Assembly (NCBI GenBank): GCA_963777955.1
Contig: CAVZSQ010000022.1
Coordinates: 864,001-928,000, forward strand
Direction of reading: 5' to 3'
Length of the DNA: 64,000 nucleotides
From: Calditrichia bacterium
Lineage (GTDB): Bacteria > Calditrichota > Calditrichia > JAJRVZ01
The notes under the pieces were generated by a model. The model saw nothing but the letters and a program-made list of their open reading frames with translations, made no database searches and was not told where the DNA came from. Below are positions 44,547 to 55,869 of this stretch, piece after piece. Within the stretch, counting starts at the first letter, position 1. Every line of letters starts with the position of its first letter. A program made the translations under genes and the position numbers.

Positions 44547-44617
44547 TTATTTTGTTTTTTAATTATCTATTTTTCATTATGCTTACATTAATTTTCAATT
44601 ATGAAAGGAAGCGATCA

Positions 44618-47600
44618 ATGCTCAATAGAAACATAAATGTCCTGTTGCTGCTGCTGTTAAGTCTGTTTGTACCGCTGCCGGCGCCGGCGCAGGATCTGTC
44701 GGATGTTGAAGTAACCGCAGCCTGGCAGGCCTGGATGAAAAATGATCATCAGCAGGTCGAGCAGCATTTTCTTAAGGCACTGGAAATGGATCCGCGCAAT
44801 TTACACGCGCAACTGGGTCTGGCCATGCTCTATGACCTGGAGAGAAAATTAGCACCTGCCGCAGAGTACTATAAAAAAATTATGAACAGTACCGATAATT
44901 ATTATCCATATTTCTATGCAGGTTGGCTGATGCCGTTAATGCGGGAAAATTATGATTCCCTGAATTCCGGCATAACCGGACTATTTCGGGATATGGCTGA
45001 ACATGCTGATTCCGGCGGAGTACTCCAAGCCATGTCGCAGGAACAGTTAGGAGAGTTTTATCAGAATAAAAATAATCTCGAGCTTTCCCGCCAGTATTAT
45101 CACCGTCTGGGTGCTATCGGCAAGTGGAAACTGATCGGTCCGTTTGATAATATATCGGCCTCCGGATTTGACAATATCTTTCCCCCGGAGTCAGAGTTCA
45201 ATGACGGCAAATCATATCCAGGCAAAAACGGAATTCCGACTCAATGGTTCGAGATCACTAAACTCAAAAATGATTTCTGGATTGATTTTCGCCGGTATTT
45301 CGCAGCCGAAGAAGCGGTATTCTATGCCAATACGTTCGTCTATTCACCCAAACGTCAACGGGTACAACTCAGAATTGGTACCTCGGGTTCATTGAAAGCA
45401 TTTTTAAATGACGAACTGGTGATCGAGTATTTCGATGAGAACAATAATGACCTGGATACCTATATAACTGAAACCGAACTGCAGAAAGGCTGGAATCGCC
45501 TGTTGATTAAATGCGGCTTTTCGGAAATTGACCGCTGCAATTTTCTGGCCCGGATTACCAACCCCGGCGGGGATCCTGTTTCCGGTCTGGACTATTCGGT
45601 TAAAACTCAGAAGTATCCCTCCCGTCCCGGTGCCGGCAGCAAAATCATCGAAAATTTTGCCGAATCTTTTTTCAGGAAATTGATCAGACTGCAACCAGAT
45701 CTGATCGAAAATTATATCCTGCTGGCCCAGTGCTACCTGCGCAATGATAAAGCCATCGAAGCTGAATTAGTACTCAAAGACGCACTGAATTATGCGCCGG
45801 GCTGTGCCCTGATTTATTATCATCTGCTGGAAGCTTATCAGCGGGGTGAAAAAAATGACGAAGTAGCTGCTACTATCGAGAAAATATATACGCTGGATAA
45901 AAATATTCCACGGGTGCTAGCCCTGAAATTAAACACTTATTTGCGGAATGAACAGCACGACTATGTGGAGAAGATGCTGGCGGAAATCAAGCGTTTGCTG
46001 CCGGATTCAGACTATTATTATGAGTTCCTGATCAATTATTATCTGACCCGCGAGGAATATGATCAGTTGATCGAAGCAAATAATTCAGCCTATAAACGCT
46101 ATCCGCGCAACTGGAGTTTTGTATATTATGAATCGCTATTGAATATGCGCATGCTGCATGACAGTAAAACTGCCATAGCCATTCTGGAAGAATTTGCCCA
46201 AACCAATACCGATGTCTCGGTATTCACAACTCTGGCCGATACGTATTTGCAGACCGGGGATTTAGCCGGCTGGGAGAAGTGCTATCAGAAACTGTTCATC
46301 CTGGAACCGGCAGCTGTCGGATATTATTATAAAATGGCCGACGTTTATTATAAATCACAGCGATTCCGGGATTCTGAAAATGCCATAAAAAATGCCCTGG
46401 AAATATGTCCCAATAATCCAGCCTACTTGTCTTTCCTGGGTGATCTGTACAAAGCCCAGGGGGATAAAAAGGAGGCCGAGAAATTTTATAAACAGACTTT
46501 ACTATTCAACCGCACCGATTATGACACCCGCGAAAAACTGCGCAAATTGCAGGATAAAGACTCGATTTTTGAACTGTTTACGCAATTTGATATCGATAGT
46601 CTGGTTCAGCATGCTCCCCTCCAGAAAACCTATCCCGATGCCAAGGGTGTCATTCTGCTGCGCAATGTGAACCGGGTAGTCTATGAAGAGGGTGCTTCGG
46701 AATCGCTGGAAGAATTACTGGTCCGGGTATTCAATAGCCGCGGCATCGATGATTTTAAAGAATTCAGGATCAGTTATAATCCTTATACAGAAGGATTAAC
46801 TATCGAAAAAGCGGTGGTGATAAAATCAGATGGATCAGAAGTTAAGGCTGATGCCGAAGATAATTACGTGGTATTCAAATCCCTGGAAGAAAATGATTTT
46901 ATTTATCTGCGCTGGAAGGTAAAAAATTATTATAATGGAAAATTGTCCGAACATTTCTGGGATAAATTTAATTTCAACGGTGCCTATCCTATCGACAAGG
47001 CCCGGGTCGCTTTACTGATTCCCGCGGATTTTGATTTTCATTACAGCACGCAGAATATGGACATTAAACCGGTTATACATGATACACCCGATGGACAGAT
47101 GTACGTCTGGCAAAGTCAATTTGAGGCTTCAATCGGACATGAACAGGGCATGCCTGGTCTTGACGATGTGGGTAAAATACTATACATCTCCAGTATTAAA
47201 GACTGGGCTTATCTGGTAAACTGGTACCAGGACCTGGCCCGGACAAAAACCAGAAGTTCCTATGAGATCAAAAGCGTGGTGGACAAACTTCTACAGCATA
47301 AGGAAAACCTGAACCAGGAAGAGAAAATCAAACTGATTTACGATTACATTACCGAAAATATCCGTTATAGCAGCGTGTCCTTCCGGCAATCGGGATTGGT
47401 ACCACAAAAGGCCAGGGACGTGCTGGTCAACCGCATTGGCGATTGCAAGGATACCGCCACACTGTGCATAGCTATGTTAAAAGAAGCGGGTATCGATGCT
47501 GATTATGTACTGGTTAATACCCGCGATGAGGGATTAAATCAAAAGGCCTTGCCCTCTATTTCCTTCAATCATTGTATTGCAGCGGTGGAGACCCAGAAAG

Positions 47601-48382
47601 GTCCTTTATATCTGGACCTGACCGCTAATAATTTTCCATTGGGTGCGGTTCCCGAAATGGACATGCAAAGTTTTTCCCTGCTGATAAAGAATGGGGTTAA
47701 ACAGCCGCAGTATATTGCTTCCGATCTGATCCTCAACCGCGAAATATATCGCCAGACCAGCCTGGAAATTCCGGATGATAATTCGGCCAGGATTAAGAGT
47801 TCCTGCCAGAGCAGCGGCACCCCCAGTGCCATGGTTCGTTACCGTTACCGGCAAAAAGGGCAGCAGGAACGTGAAATTGTTTTGACCGAACAGTTAAGTA
47901 AGGATTTCCCCAATGTGAGTCTGAAACATCTTGAATTCAGCAATCTGGATGAGTTGAATACTTCGGTCAGTTATCAGTTTGAATATGAAGTTCCGCAATT
48001 TGTCATCGACGCCGGCAGTGTTAAAATTTTACCCGTGCCCTGGCGGGATAAACTTCAAGCCAACCGGGCGCTTTCCTATGACGTCAGAAAATATCTCTAT
48101 AATTACTGGCCGGAAGCGGATTTATTTGTGGAGGAACTGGAAATTAAATTGCCCGAGCACTACCAGCCGATTGAATTAAGCGCGGAGAAAAAACTGAGTA
48201 GTTCCGTGGCCGATTATAAATTATCGTTCACTTACGGAGCGGGGATCATCAAAGCACGGCGGGAGTTAAAGAATAAAAAGATGGATATTACACCCGAACA
48301 ATACGAAGAATTCAAGAAATTCTACAATGCCGTTCTGGTGGAAGATTCCAAACCCATCCTGTTGCAGCGTAAAGAAAACTAA
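44618..48382 (+). CDS. Exported TPR + DUF3857 + transglutaminase-like domain protein
   Basis: Signal peptide, TPRs, IRYSSV, GDCKD (Cys), FNHCI (His), YLDLT (Asp); AAAGGA RBS before ATG 44618. Confidence 0.88.
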   Translation: MLNRNINVLLLLLLSLFVPLPAPAQDLSDVEVTAAWQAWMKNDHQQVEQHFLKALEMDPRNLHAQLGLAMLYDLERKLAPAAEYYKKIMNSTDNYYPYFYAGWLMPLMRENYDSLNSGITGLFRDMAEHADSGGVLQAMSQEQLGEFYQNKNNLELSRQYYHRLGAIGKWKLIGPFDNISASGFDNIFPPESEFNDGKSYPGKNGIPTQWFEITKLKNDFWIDFRRYFAAEEAVFYANTFVYSPKRQRVQLRIGTSGSLKAFLNDELVIEYFDENNNDLDTYITETELQKGWNRLLIKCGFSEIDRCNFLARITNPGGDPVSGLDYSVKTQKYPSRPGAGSKIIENFAESFFRKLIRLQPDLIENYILLAQCYLRNDKAIEAELVLKDALNYAPGCALIYYHLLEAYQRGEKNDEVAATIEKIYTLDKNIPRVLALKLNTYLRNEQHDYVEKMLAEIKRLLPDSDYYYEFLINYYLTREEYDQLIEANNSAYKRYPRNWSFVYYESLLNMRMLHDSKTAIAILEEFAQTNTDVSVFTTLADTYLQTGDLAGWEKCYQKLFILEPAAVGYYYKMADVYYKSQRFRDSENAIKNALEICPNNPAYLSFLGDLYKAQGDKKEAEKFYKQTLLFNRTDYDTREKLRKLQDKDSIFELFTQFDIDSLVQHAPLQKTYPDAKGVILLRNVNRVVYEEGASESLEELLVRVFNSRGIDDFKEFRISYNPYTEGLTIEKAVVIKSDGSEVKADAEDNYVVFKSLEENDFIYLRWKVKNYYNGKLSEHFWDKFNFNGAYPIDKARVALLIPADFDFHYSTQNMDIKPVIHDTPDGQMYVWQSQFEASIGHEQGMPGLDDVGKILYISSIKDWAYLVNWYQDLARTKTRSSYEIKSVVDKLLQHKENLNQEEKIKLIYDYITENIRYSSVSFRQSGLVPQKARDVLVNRIGDCKDTATLCIAMLKEAGIDADYVLVNTRDEGLNQKALPSISFNHCIAAVETQKGPLYLDLTANNFPLGAVPEMDMQSFSLLIKNGVKQPQYIASDLILNREIYRQTSLEIPDDNSARIKSSCQSSGTPSAMVRYRYRQKGQQEREIVLTEQLSKDFPNVSLKHLEFSNLDELNTSVSYQFEYEVPQFVIDAGSVKILPVPWRDKLQANRALSYDVRKYLYNYWPEADLFVEELEIKLPEHYQPIELSAEKKLSSSVADYKLSFTYGAGIIKARRELKNKKMDITPEQYEEFKKFYNAVLVEDSKPILLQRKEN

Positions 48383-48499
48383 CAGCTGCAACATTTCAGG
48401 GAATGAACGTGTCTTTCTTAATTATGGCTGGTAATCATCATTCCGGGAAAAAATTCCCGACACTTTACTCGGCAAACGGCTTAGAACCGGGAGAGTAAT

Positions 48500-50531
48500 A
48501 TGAACAGGATCAGCTGGTTGTTAGTGTCATATTATTTTGTCAGCCTGGCTGACCTGGCCGCTCCTGCCGGCCTGTTCGCTCAACAACCGATGTTTCCCCA
48601 GCCGCTCAGTCCCCGTCTGGCCAATTACCAGATTGATGTGCTCCTGGATACCCGGGAGAAAAAACTGTACGGCAGTGAAATTTTACAGTGGAAAAATTCA
48701 TCGACTGATAACATTAATATCCTGCAGTTTCACCTGTACCTGAATGGTTTCAGGAATAATCAAAGTACTTATTTGCAGGGAGAAGGCGGACGGGCAAGTT
48801 CAGAGTTTCTTGAGGAAGTAAATGGCTGGGGCTGGATCAGGATTACTAAAATCGGTTTGCCGGATGGCACGGTTTTGTCCGATAGTTGTACTTATATCCA
48901 ACCGGATGATCAGAATAAGGAAGACCAGAGTGTACTGCAGGTCACTTTACCTTATGCCCTGAAGCCCGGACAGGTGATAACACTGGAAATTGAGTTTGAA
49001 GCACAATTACCCAGGGTCATCGCCCGCACCGGTTATGAGCGTAATTTTTTTATGATCGGACAGTGGTTCCCCAAAATAGGGGTGTACGAACCGGCGGGTT
49101 TACGCGGTGCTGTGCAGGGTCGCTGGAATTGTCATCAGTTTCATGCTACCAGCGAGTTTTATGCCGATTACGGGATTTATGAGGTAACCATCAGGTTGCC
49201 GCAGGAATACATCGTTGCCGCCAGCGGGATTAAAATCGCCGAAAGGGCAGAAAGTGACGGAACCAAAAGCCTGACTTATTACTGTGAAGATGTTCATGAT
49301 TTTGCCTGGAGTGCTGATACAGATTTTCAGATTGTCGAGGATCAATGGCAACAGGTAAAATTGTATTTTTATGGCCAGCCTTTGCACATGGCTCAGGCTC
49401 AGCGTCATCTGCAGGCAGCAAAAAATATGTTACAATATTGCAGTGAGTGGATAGGTCCCTATCCATACCCGGCTTTTACCATTGTGGATCCTCAATACAA
49501 AGCATTTGAGGCGGCCGGAATGGAATATCCCACCCTGGTCACGGCCGGCACATTCTGGCTGATGCCGCAGGGTGTCAGATTCCCGGAAGATGTGACGGTT
49601 CATGAAGGTGTTCATAATTACTTTTATGGCCTGATCGGCAGTAATGAGTTCGAGGAAGCCTGGCTGGATGAGGGTCTGACCACCTACATGGGCTACAAGA
49701 TCATGGAACATTACTATGGCCAGGGTGAAGGAGCCGTGCTGAATATACGTGGACCTGCAGATTAACTTCCTGCAGTGGGATTGGGCAGTATACAGCGCTT
49801 TGTCGCGGCATGATATTATCATGAAAAAGGCCTGGGAATATGAACGGGGTGGATACGGGGTGTTCGCCTATACTAAACCAGCCCTGATGTTACTGACACT
49901 GGAAAATTATGTCGGTGCGGATGTTATGCAAGATATCCTGCAGCAGTATTATGCTCAGTATAAATTCAGGCATCCCTGCACCGCTGATTTTATCAGGCTG
50001 GTCAATCAGGTCAGTGGCCAGGATCTGAATTGGTTTTTTGATCAGATACTGTACGGCAGCAGTACACTGGATTATAAACTGGATAAAATAACCTTCCGGA
50101 TCAAAAGTAAACGGCAGGGTATCTTCGCGGATTCAGCGGTAACGCGAGCCGATACATTACAGGTTGTCAGCGAAAATGATTCCACTACAGCAAACGCCGA
50201 CCAGGATTCGGCCCGAATATATATCAGTAAGGTAACCGTGGCCCGGGATGGGGAAGTTGTTTTTCCAGTGGAAATCCTGGTGAAATTTGATGACGGGGAA
50301 GAAATCCTGGAAAAATGGGATGGCCGGCAAAGATATATTGTTTACAAGTATGAAAAACCGGCTAAAGTCGTTTCGGCCGAAGTTGATCCCCTGCGCAAGG
50401 TCTGGTTAGACCGCAATTTCATGAATAATGGTAAAACAACGGAGATAAACCAATCCGCCCGGAATAAATATACTCTACGTTGGCTGTTCTGGATGCAGAA
50501 TTTGCTGTTGAGTACGAGTATTTTTAATTGA
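48500..50531 (+). CDS. M1 family aminopeptidase, exported (frameshift near 49750)
   Basis: AGMEYP, HEGVH...WLDEG, YTKP, RHP. Confidence 0.92.
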
Positions 50532-50586
50532 AATTAATGGGCAAAGGTCGGAGATCTGCCGCTAGGCAGAGGTAAAGGATTTTGCC

Positions 50587-51455
50587 ATGAGAAATTTAAT
50601 TTCTGTCTATGCAGCAGGATTAAAAAATTCCTGGGCGCAGAAGAAAATGTTGTTTTTCCTTTATGGCATTAATCTGCTGTTTGCTTATCTGGTATCTTTG
50701 CCCTTTGCCGCTATGGTAGAGCAGGCACTGGATCAGACGGCAATGGCTGATAAATTATTACAGGCTTTTGATTTCACCGCGCTGGCAACACTTATACAGG
50801 AATATGGCCGCGGTGTCAGCTGAGCTGGAATATTTTCGTATTTGTCATTTGCTATGGATTGTTAAATACATTTTTCAGCGGTGGGATTATAAAAATATTT
50901 TATTTGAACATGAATTTTACCTTCCGCGAGTTCTGGGCAGGTTGTGTGGAATATTTTTCACGCCTCTTCAAGTTGCTACTGATCGGCCTCGTTATGATTT
51001 TTGCGGTCTTTATATTCTATCTGTTGATTTCCGGGTTAGTGGATATCATGACTGAAAATACACTGACCGAATTCTGGCCGTTTGTTTTAATTGGACTGAA
51101 ATTGGTTATACTGGCTGTTCTGCTGGCCTGGGTCAACATGTTATTTGATTATACTAAAATAATAATTGTGAGGCACGACCTTAAAAGTGTAGTCCAGGCA
51201 TTATCCCATTCATTTAAATTTATTGGAAGTCATTTTATAAAAACTTGTGGAATCTATATCGGATTATTGATACTAGGATTTTGTCTCCTCATTATCTACC
51301 TGGGGCTGGAACAACTTATAACCACAAATACAATAACTGGAATATTTTTATTTTTTATCGTATCGCAATTTTATATAATATTCAGAATATGGTGGCGGAT
51401 AAATTACTATTACGTCCAGGGTACATATTATTTAAATACTACAGCGTTGATATAA
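50587..51455 (+). CDS. Multi-pass membrane protein downstream of the M1 peptidase (frameshifted near 50820)
   Basis: Two hydrophobic ORF pieces (50587-50823, 50859-51455) that join into one polytopic protein. Confidence 0.65.
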
Positions 51456-51538
51456 CATTCAGAAAGTAATCATTGGAGTCTGATTGATTTTATATCACTA
51501 GTGTATTTATAAAGCCGGGTCTGACGAAAGTAAACATA

Positions 51539-53017
51539 TTGCATCCACTACGAGATTTATTTAATCAAAGTACTATTTACTCAATCGGAAATGTAGCAAT
51601 CAAAGTTGTTGGCTTATTTCTGATTCCCCTTTGTTTAAATCCAAAGTATTTAACGGTCGCTGAATTCAACTTGTGGGGAATAATTGTTCCTGCGTCGCAA
51701 GTATTGGTTATCCTGATTGGTTTGGGATTAAATCAAAGTATTATCCGTTATTATGGCGATTCAATAAACTTCACTAATCAGAAGTCACTGATCAGTACGA
51801 TCTTTATGGTAACTCTGATCTGCGCGCTGCTATTGACGGTAGTTGGCCTGGTCATTTCATATCATATATTCACAGAAAAACTATTCTGGATCATACTGGT
51901 AGTATTGATCTATGTCGCTGTGGAAACAATCATGCGTGTGCCGGTAGATTTACTCCGGGCCCAAGAGCGTCCCGCAACTTATGCCGTCATAAATTTATTG
52001 AAAGTTATTGTGACCTTTGTTTTAACTATTTATTTTCTGGTCAGTGCGCGCATGGGTATCTGGGCATTATTGTGGGGGCAATTGATCGGATCAACAGTAA
52101 TCTTAATATACCTGCTGTTACTGCAAAGCCGATTTCTATTCGATCGACTTTCCCGGTCGTGGTTCGACAAAGCAATCGGGTATGGTAGTCCACTTATTTG
52201 GGCAAGCTTGAGCAGTGTTTTATTAAACATGGGCGACCGGTTCCTGATCGAATATTTTATGGGTAAGAATGCAATTGGTCCAGTAGCGGTCTATACTCTG
52301 GCCGTGCAAATAGCCGGCGTACTCAATATGTTCCTGGTCCAATCCTTTAATTCAGTATTTATTATTATTGCCATACGGAACTTAAAAAATTCGGACCAGA
52401 GTGCTTATTTTTTCCGGAGTACCTTTCGCATCTATGGACTGCTTCTGCTACTTGTGGGAATGGGCTTGAGCATTATAGCACCGGAAGGTATAGAATTATT
52501 AATACGGTATTTTCACAGCGACCCGATTTATAAAAATGCGGCCTGGCTGGTTTCGTTAATCACATTTGGATATGTCTTTCTGGGTATGACGACTGTGGTT
52601 GTGATTGGATTGCATATATTGAAACGCAGCGGATTAATCTCGGTGACAATTATTATTGCGATGTTTTTCAACTTGATTATTAACTGTTTTTTAATTCCAC
52701 ATTATGGTCTTTGGGGGGCTGCGGCTGCCACAATTCTGGCCTATGCTCTTTTATTTATTCTTACCCTTTACCTGGCAGAACATGTTTATCAAGTAGGTTA
52801 TCCTGTATTCTTTTTTATAAAATGGTTCGCGGGCATATCGAGCCTGGTAGTTCTGCTGCTGATCTGGCCTGCCGGTACAATATTATTTCGTCTGATCATT
52901 AAAATCTCTATTATACTGGCACTGCTGTTGCTTTTGGCGATCATATACCGGAAAGAGATTCGGCATTTGATACAACGCACTCGAGCTATCGATATGGAAT
53001 TCAACTCTACAAAATGA
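51539..53017 (+). CDS. wzx: Wzx-type oligosaccharide flippase
   Basis: About 12-14 TM segments; STIYSIGN, GDRFLI, LIPHYGLWGAAAAT. Confidence 0.85.
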   Translation: MHPLRDLFNQSTIYSIGNVAIKVVGLFLIPLCLNPKYLTVAEFNLWGIIVPASQVLVILIGLGLNQSIIRYYGDSINFTNQKSLISTIFMVTLICALLLTVVGLVISYHIFTEKLFWIILVVLIYVAVETIMRVPVDLLRAQERPATYAVINLLKVIVTFVLTIYFLVSARMGIWALLWGQLIGSTVILIYLLLLQSRFLFDRLSRSWFDKAIGYGSPLIWASLSSVLLNMGDRFLIEYFMGKNAIGPVAVYTLAVQIAGVLNMFLVQSFNSVFIIIAIRNLKNSDQSAYFFRSTFRIYGLLLLLVGMGLSIIAPEGIELLIRYFHSDPIYKNAAWLVSLITFGYVFLGMTTVVVIGLHILKRSGLISVTIIIAMFFNLIINCFLIPHYGLWGAAAATILAYALLFILTLYLAEHVYQVGYPVFFFIKWFAGISSLVVLLLIWPAGTILFRLIIKISIILALLLLLAIIYRKEIRHLIQRTRAIDMEFNSTK

Positions 53018-53029
53018 ATAATAATTAGA

Positions 53030-54097
53030 ATGAAGCAAAAATCCGGTCCGGCTTGTCGGTTATTGGTCTTAACTTATGGTTCCTGGGACCATGCCAGTTC
53101 GCGCGAGCGCGCCTTAAAATATATAGACTTATTAAAGTCTGCGGGAAACTGTAACATCCGTTGGCTACCACGGGTTCCACGCCGCTCGCCTTCTTTAATG
53201 CCAAGGTTAATATTCCCTGTCCGGAAACAATGGCTAAAAATTAAGCGCTATTATATCTTGTTGTTTTTTAAATGGGACATTGTGTTTATTCAACGACTTT
53301 TTTTATCATCCTGGCTTTTAAAGCAATTGCAGAAGAAAAAGGTATCTATCCGTTATGACTTTGATGACGCTATTTATCTGGATAAACCCGGAGAATCAGT
53401 AAATCTAAAGCGTACTGTTACAATGATACAGGCCGCCAGTAAGGTAATGGTAAGTACGCCTGAATTAGTAGATTTCTGCAAAACTTATAACTGCAGCCCC
53501 GATATTATTGCAACTCCGGTCGACACCGGGCGTATCAGGCCCGGGCCAGTAAAAAAAGATGATTCAACATTTACCATCGGCTGGATTGGTTCCCCTTCGA
53601 CCACAAAATATCTGGAAGAAATTGCCCGGCCATTAGTTAAAGTATCAAAAGTTCGAAAAATAAATTTATTAGTGGTGGGTGCAGATCTACGACAATACAC
53701 ACTTCCGGATATACCAGTCACCAGAGCAAAATGGGATTATGAGCAAGAACCACAATTACTGCAGCAAATGACTATTGGAGTCATGCCCTTGCCGGATAAT
53801 GAATGGACCCGCGCTAAAGCGGGTTATAAGTTGTTGCTTTATATGTCGGCCGGACTGGCGGTCATTGCCTCGCCGGTTGGAATCAATAAAGAGATTATTG
53901 TAAATGGCGAAACGGGCTTTTTGGCGCAGAATCAGGAAGAGTGGATAAAATATTTTATTCAATTATGTGATGATCCGCTGCTGCGCAATAAGATGGGGGC
54001 CAGAGGGCGGAATCTGGTTATGGCCCGATTCGAGCGCTTAATATGTTTCCAGAAATTAAAAGAAAGTCTGTTTACTTCAGGATTAAAGTATGACTAA
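53030..54097 (+). CDS. GT4 glycosyltransferase
   Basis: YDFDDAIY, IGWIGS, KLLLYMSAGLAVIASPVG. Confidence 0.9.
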   Translation: MKQKSGPACRLLVLTYGSWDHASSRERALKYIDLLKSAGNCNIRWLPRVPRRSPSLMPRLIFPVRKQWLKIKRYYILLFFKWDIVFIQRLFLSSWLLKQLQKKKVSIRYDFDDAIYLDKPGESVNLKRTVTMIQAASKVMVSTPELVDFCKTYNCSPDIIATPVDTGRIRPGPVKKDDSTFTIGWIGSPSTTKYLEEIARPLVKVSKVRKINLLVVGADLRQYTLPDIPVTRAKWDYEQEPQLLQQMTIGVMPLPDNEWTRAKAGYKLLLYMSAGLAVIASPVGINKEIIVNGETGFLAQNQEEWIKYFIQLCDDPLLRNKMGARGRNLVMARFERLICFQKLKESLFTSGLKYD

Positions 54098-54692
54098 AGA
54101 AGAATTATTGGAGCGGCTGAATAATTCTACCACAGCGGTGCTGGTAGAGTTAGGGTGTGGCCAGCATAAGTCACCGGTAGCTATTGGCATCGATAAACGT
54201 GCCCTGGATGGTGTCGATATTATCGCGGATTTAGAAGAGGGATTATCATATTTTCCTGATGGTTCGGTAGATACAGTCTATTCGCGGCATGTTCTTGAGC
54301 ATATCGATAATCTTGAACCGCTCATGCGCGAAATTTACCGTATATTAAAAGTTAATGGAAAACATGTGGCTATCGTGCCGCACTTTTCAAATCCATATTA
54401 CTATTCTGATTTTACACATAAACATTTTTTTGGACTTTATACTTTCGATTATTTTTGTGAAACACAAAGTAGCATGCGCTATAAAGTACCGGTATTTTAT
54501 ACGGATTATAAATTTACCCTGATTGAGCGTAAGTTGATTTTTAAATCATTGTACCCGGTAAGAAGCAGGATAAAACGGTATATTCAAAAATTGTTCAATG
54601 CGTCACCCTATCTTCAGGAATTCTATGAAGAATGTCTTTGTCATCTGATTCCGTGCCATGAGGTGGAATTTGTAATGCTGCGGAAAAAGTGA
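54090..54692 (+). CDS. Class I SAM-dependent methyltransferase
   Basis: VELGCG, HVLEH, EIYRILK, VPH...DFTH. Confidence 0.88.
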   Translation: MTKEELLERLNNSTTAVLVELGCGQHKSPVAIGIDKRALDGVDIIADLEEGLSYFPDGSVDTVYSRHVLEHIDNLEPLMREIYRILKVNGKHVAIVPHFSNPYYYSDFTHKHFFGLYTFDYFCETQSSMRYKVPVFYTDYKFTLIERKLIFKSLYPVRSRIKRYIQKLFNASPYLQEFYEECLCHLIPCHEVEFVMLRKK

Positions 54693-54702
54693 AGTGCACG
54701 AT

Positions 54703-55704
54703 TTATTTATTCAAGATAGCCAGGAGTGCCTGTTCCCGTTGTTCGCTCGTAAAATATTTTAGAATCCTTGCTCTGGCCTGCTTGCCAAGATTTGCCGGTG
54801 CCTGCATCGCTTTTTGAATGAGTTCACAGGCAGAATCTATCCGTCTTTGATCCAGAATGTACCCGCAATCGCCAATCGCGTTAGGGATGCCATTCACATC
54901 CGATCCCACGGGAATACACTCACAGAGCATGGCTTCACATACCGCATTGGGCAAACCTTCTTTAAGCGAAAACTGGGCATATACCCTGGCCCGGGAATAA
55001 AAATTTCTCAGTTCCGGCTGAGGCATAGATTCGAAAAATTTAACGTTGGCCGGAACAGCCAGGTCCCGGCTGAAGTCCCTGGAAAGTCCGATAATATAAA
55101 ATTCATATTGAGGAAGACCGGTGGCAACTTCGATAAAAAAGTCGATCCCTTTGAGTTTAATTCGTTGATACGAATTGCCCGTGGCAACAGTCAGGGCCAT
55201 ATCCTGTTTAGTCTGATCACAATACCAGGTCTGCGGATCATAACCGGTCGGCAGAGGTATAATCTTTCCGCGTATTTTCTTGATCCGTTGCCGGGCTTCA
55301 TCGGTTAATGATTTATCCACGGGCAGGAGATAATCGGCATGGCGTATGGCAAAACTCGCAAAAAAAGAACGCAGAGGATTGGAAAAAACTCCGTACTTTA
55401 TTTCGGGTATATAGGTTACATCATAACCGCCCAGTACCAGAAATGATTTTTTGCTGAAGATCTTGCTGAAAAGAACAGGCAGGAAGGAATGGTAGTCGGC
55501 AAACCAGATATAAATGCAGCCGGCCGAAGGTGTATTTTTAAGCAGGAAGAAAAATAAAGCAACCTGACACTTGAAATGAGCCCATATACTTTTACCCAGG
55601 CTACCCAGGGGATATTGAAAAGATTTTACCTTGAAATTCCTGCTTAATATGCTGAGATCAGCTTTTACAAAGGATGAATTGACGGTGTGTATAAATAAAA
55701 TCAT
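54703..55704 (-). CDS. GT4 glycosyltransferase
   Basis: LKGID, EGLPNAVCEAMLC (EX7E motif). Confidence 0.9.
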   Translation of the reverse strand: MILFIHTVNSSFVKADLSILSRNFKVKSFQYPLGSLGKSIWAHFKCQVALFFFLLKNTPSAGCIYIWFADYHSFLPVLFSKIFSKKSFLVLGGYDVTYIPEIKYGVFSNPLRSFFASFAIRHADYLLPVDKSLTDEARQRIKKIRGKIIPLPTGYDPQTWYCDQTKQDMALTVATGNSYQRIKLKGIDFFIEVATGLPQYEFYIIGLSRDFSRDLAVPANVKFFESMPQPELRNFYSRARVYAQFSLKEGLPNAVCEAMLCECIPVGSDVNGIPNAIGDCGYILDQRRIDSACELIQKAMQAPANLGKQARARILKYFTSEQREQALLAILNK

Positions 55705-55777
55705 AGTGAAGTGCAAAGTAGAATAAATATTATAATTAATTACTCCGGTTGATGATCAAAGGACTACAAAAACAATA

Positions 55778-55816
55778 ATAATGGAGGGAATTAAATTAAT
55801 TAATTCCCTTCATTAT
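55778..55816 (-). terminator. Long AT-rich hairpin downstream of the LamG gene
   Basis: ATAATGGAGGGAATTAA...TTAATTCCCTTCATTAT. Confidence 0.55.
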
Positions 55817-55869
55817 AAAAGTAGGATGATAGTGAATAAACTTCAAGAAAAATATGTATTTAGATCAAA

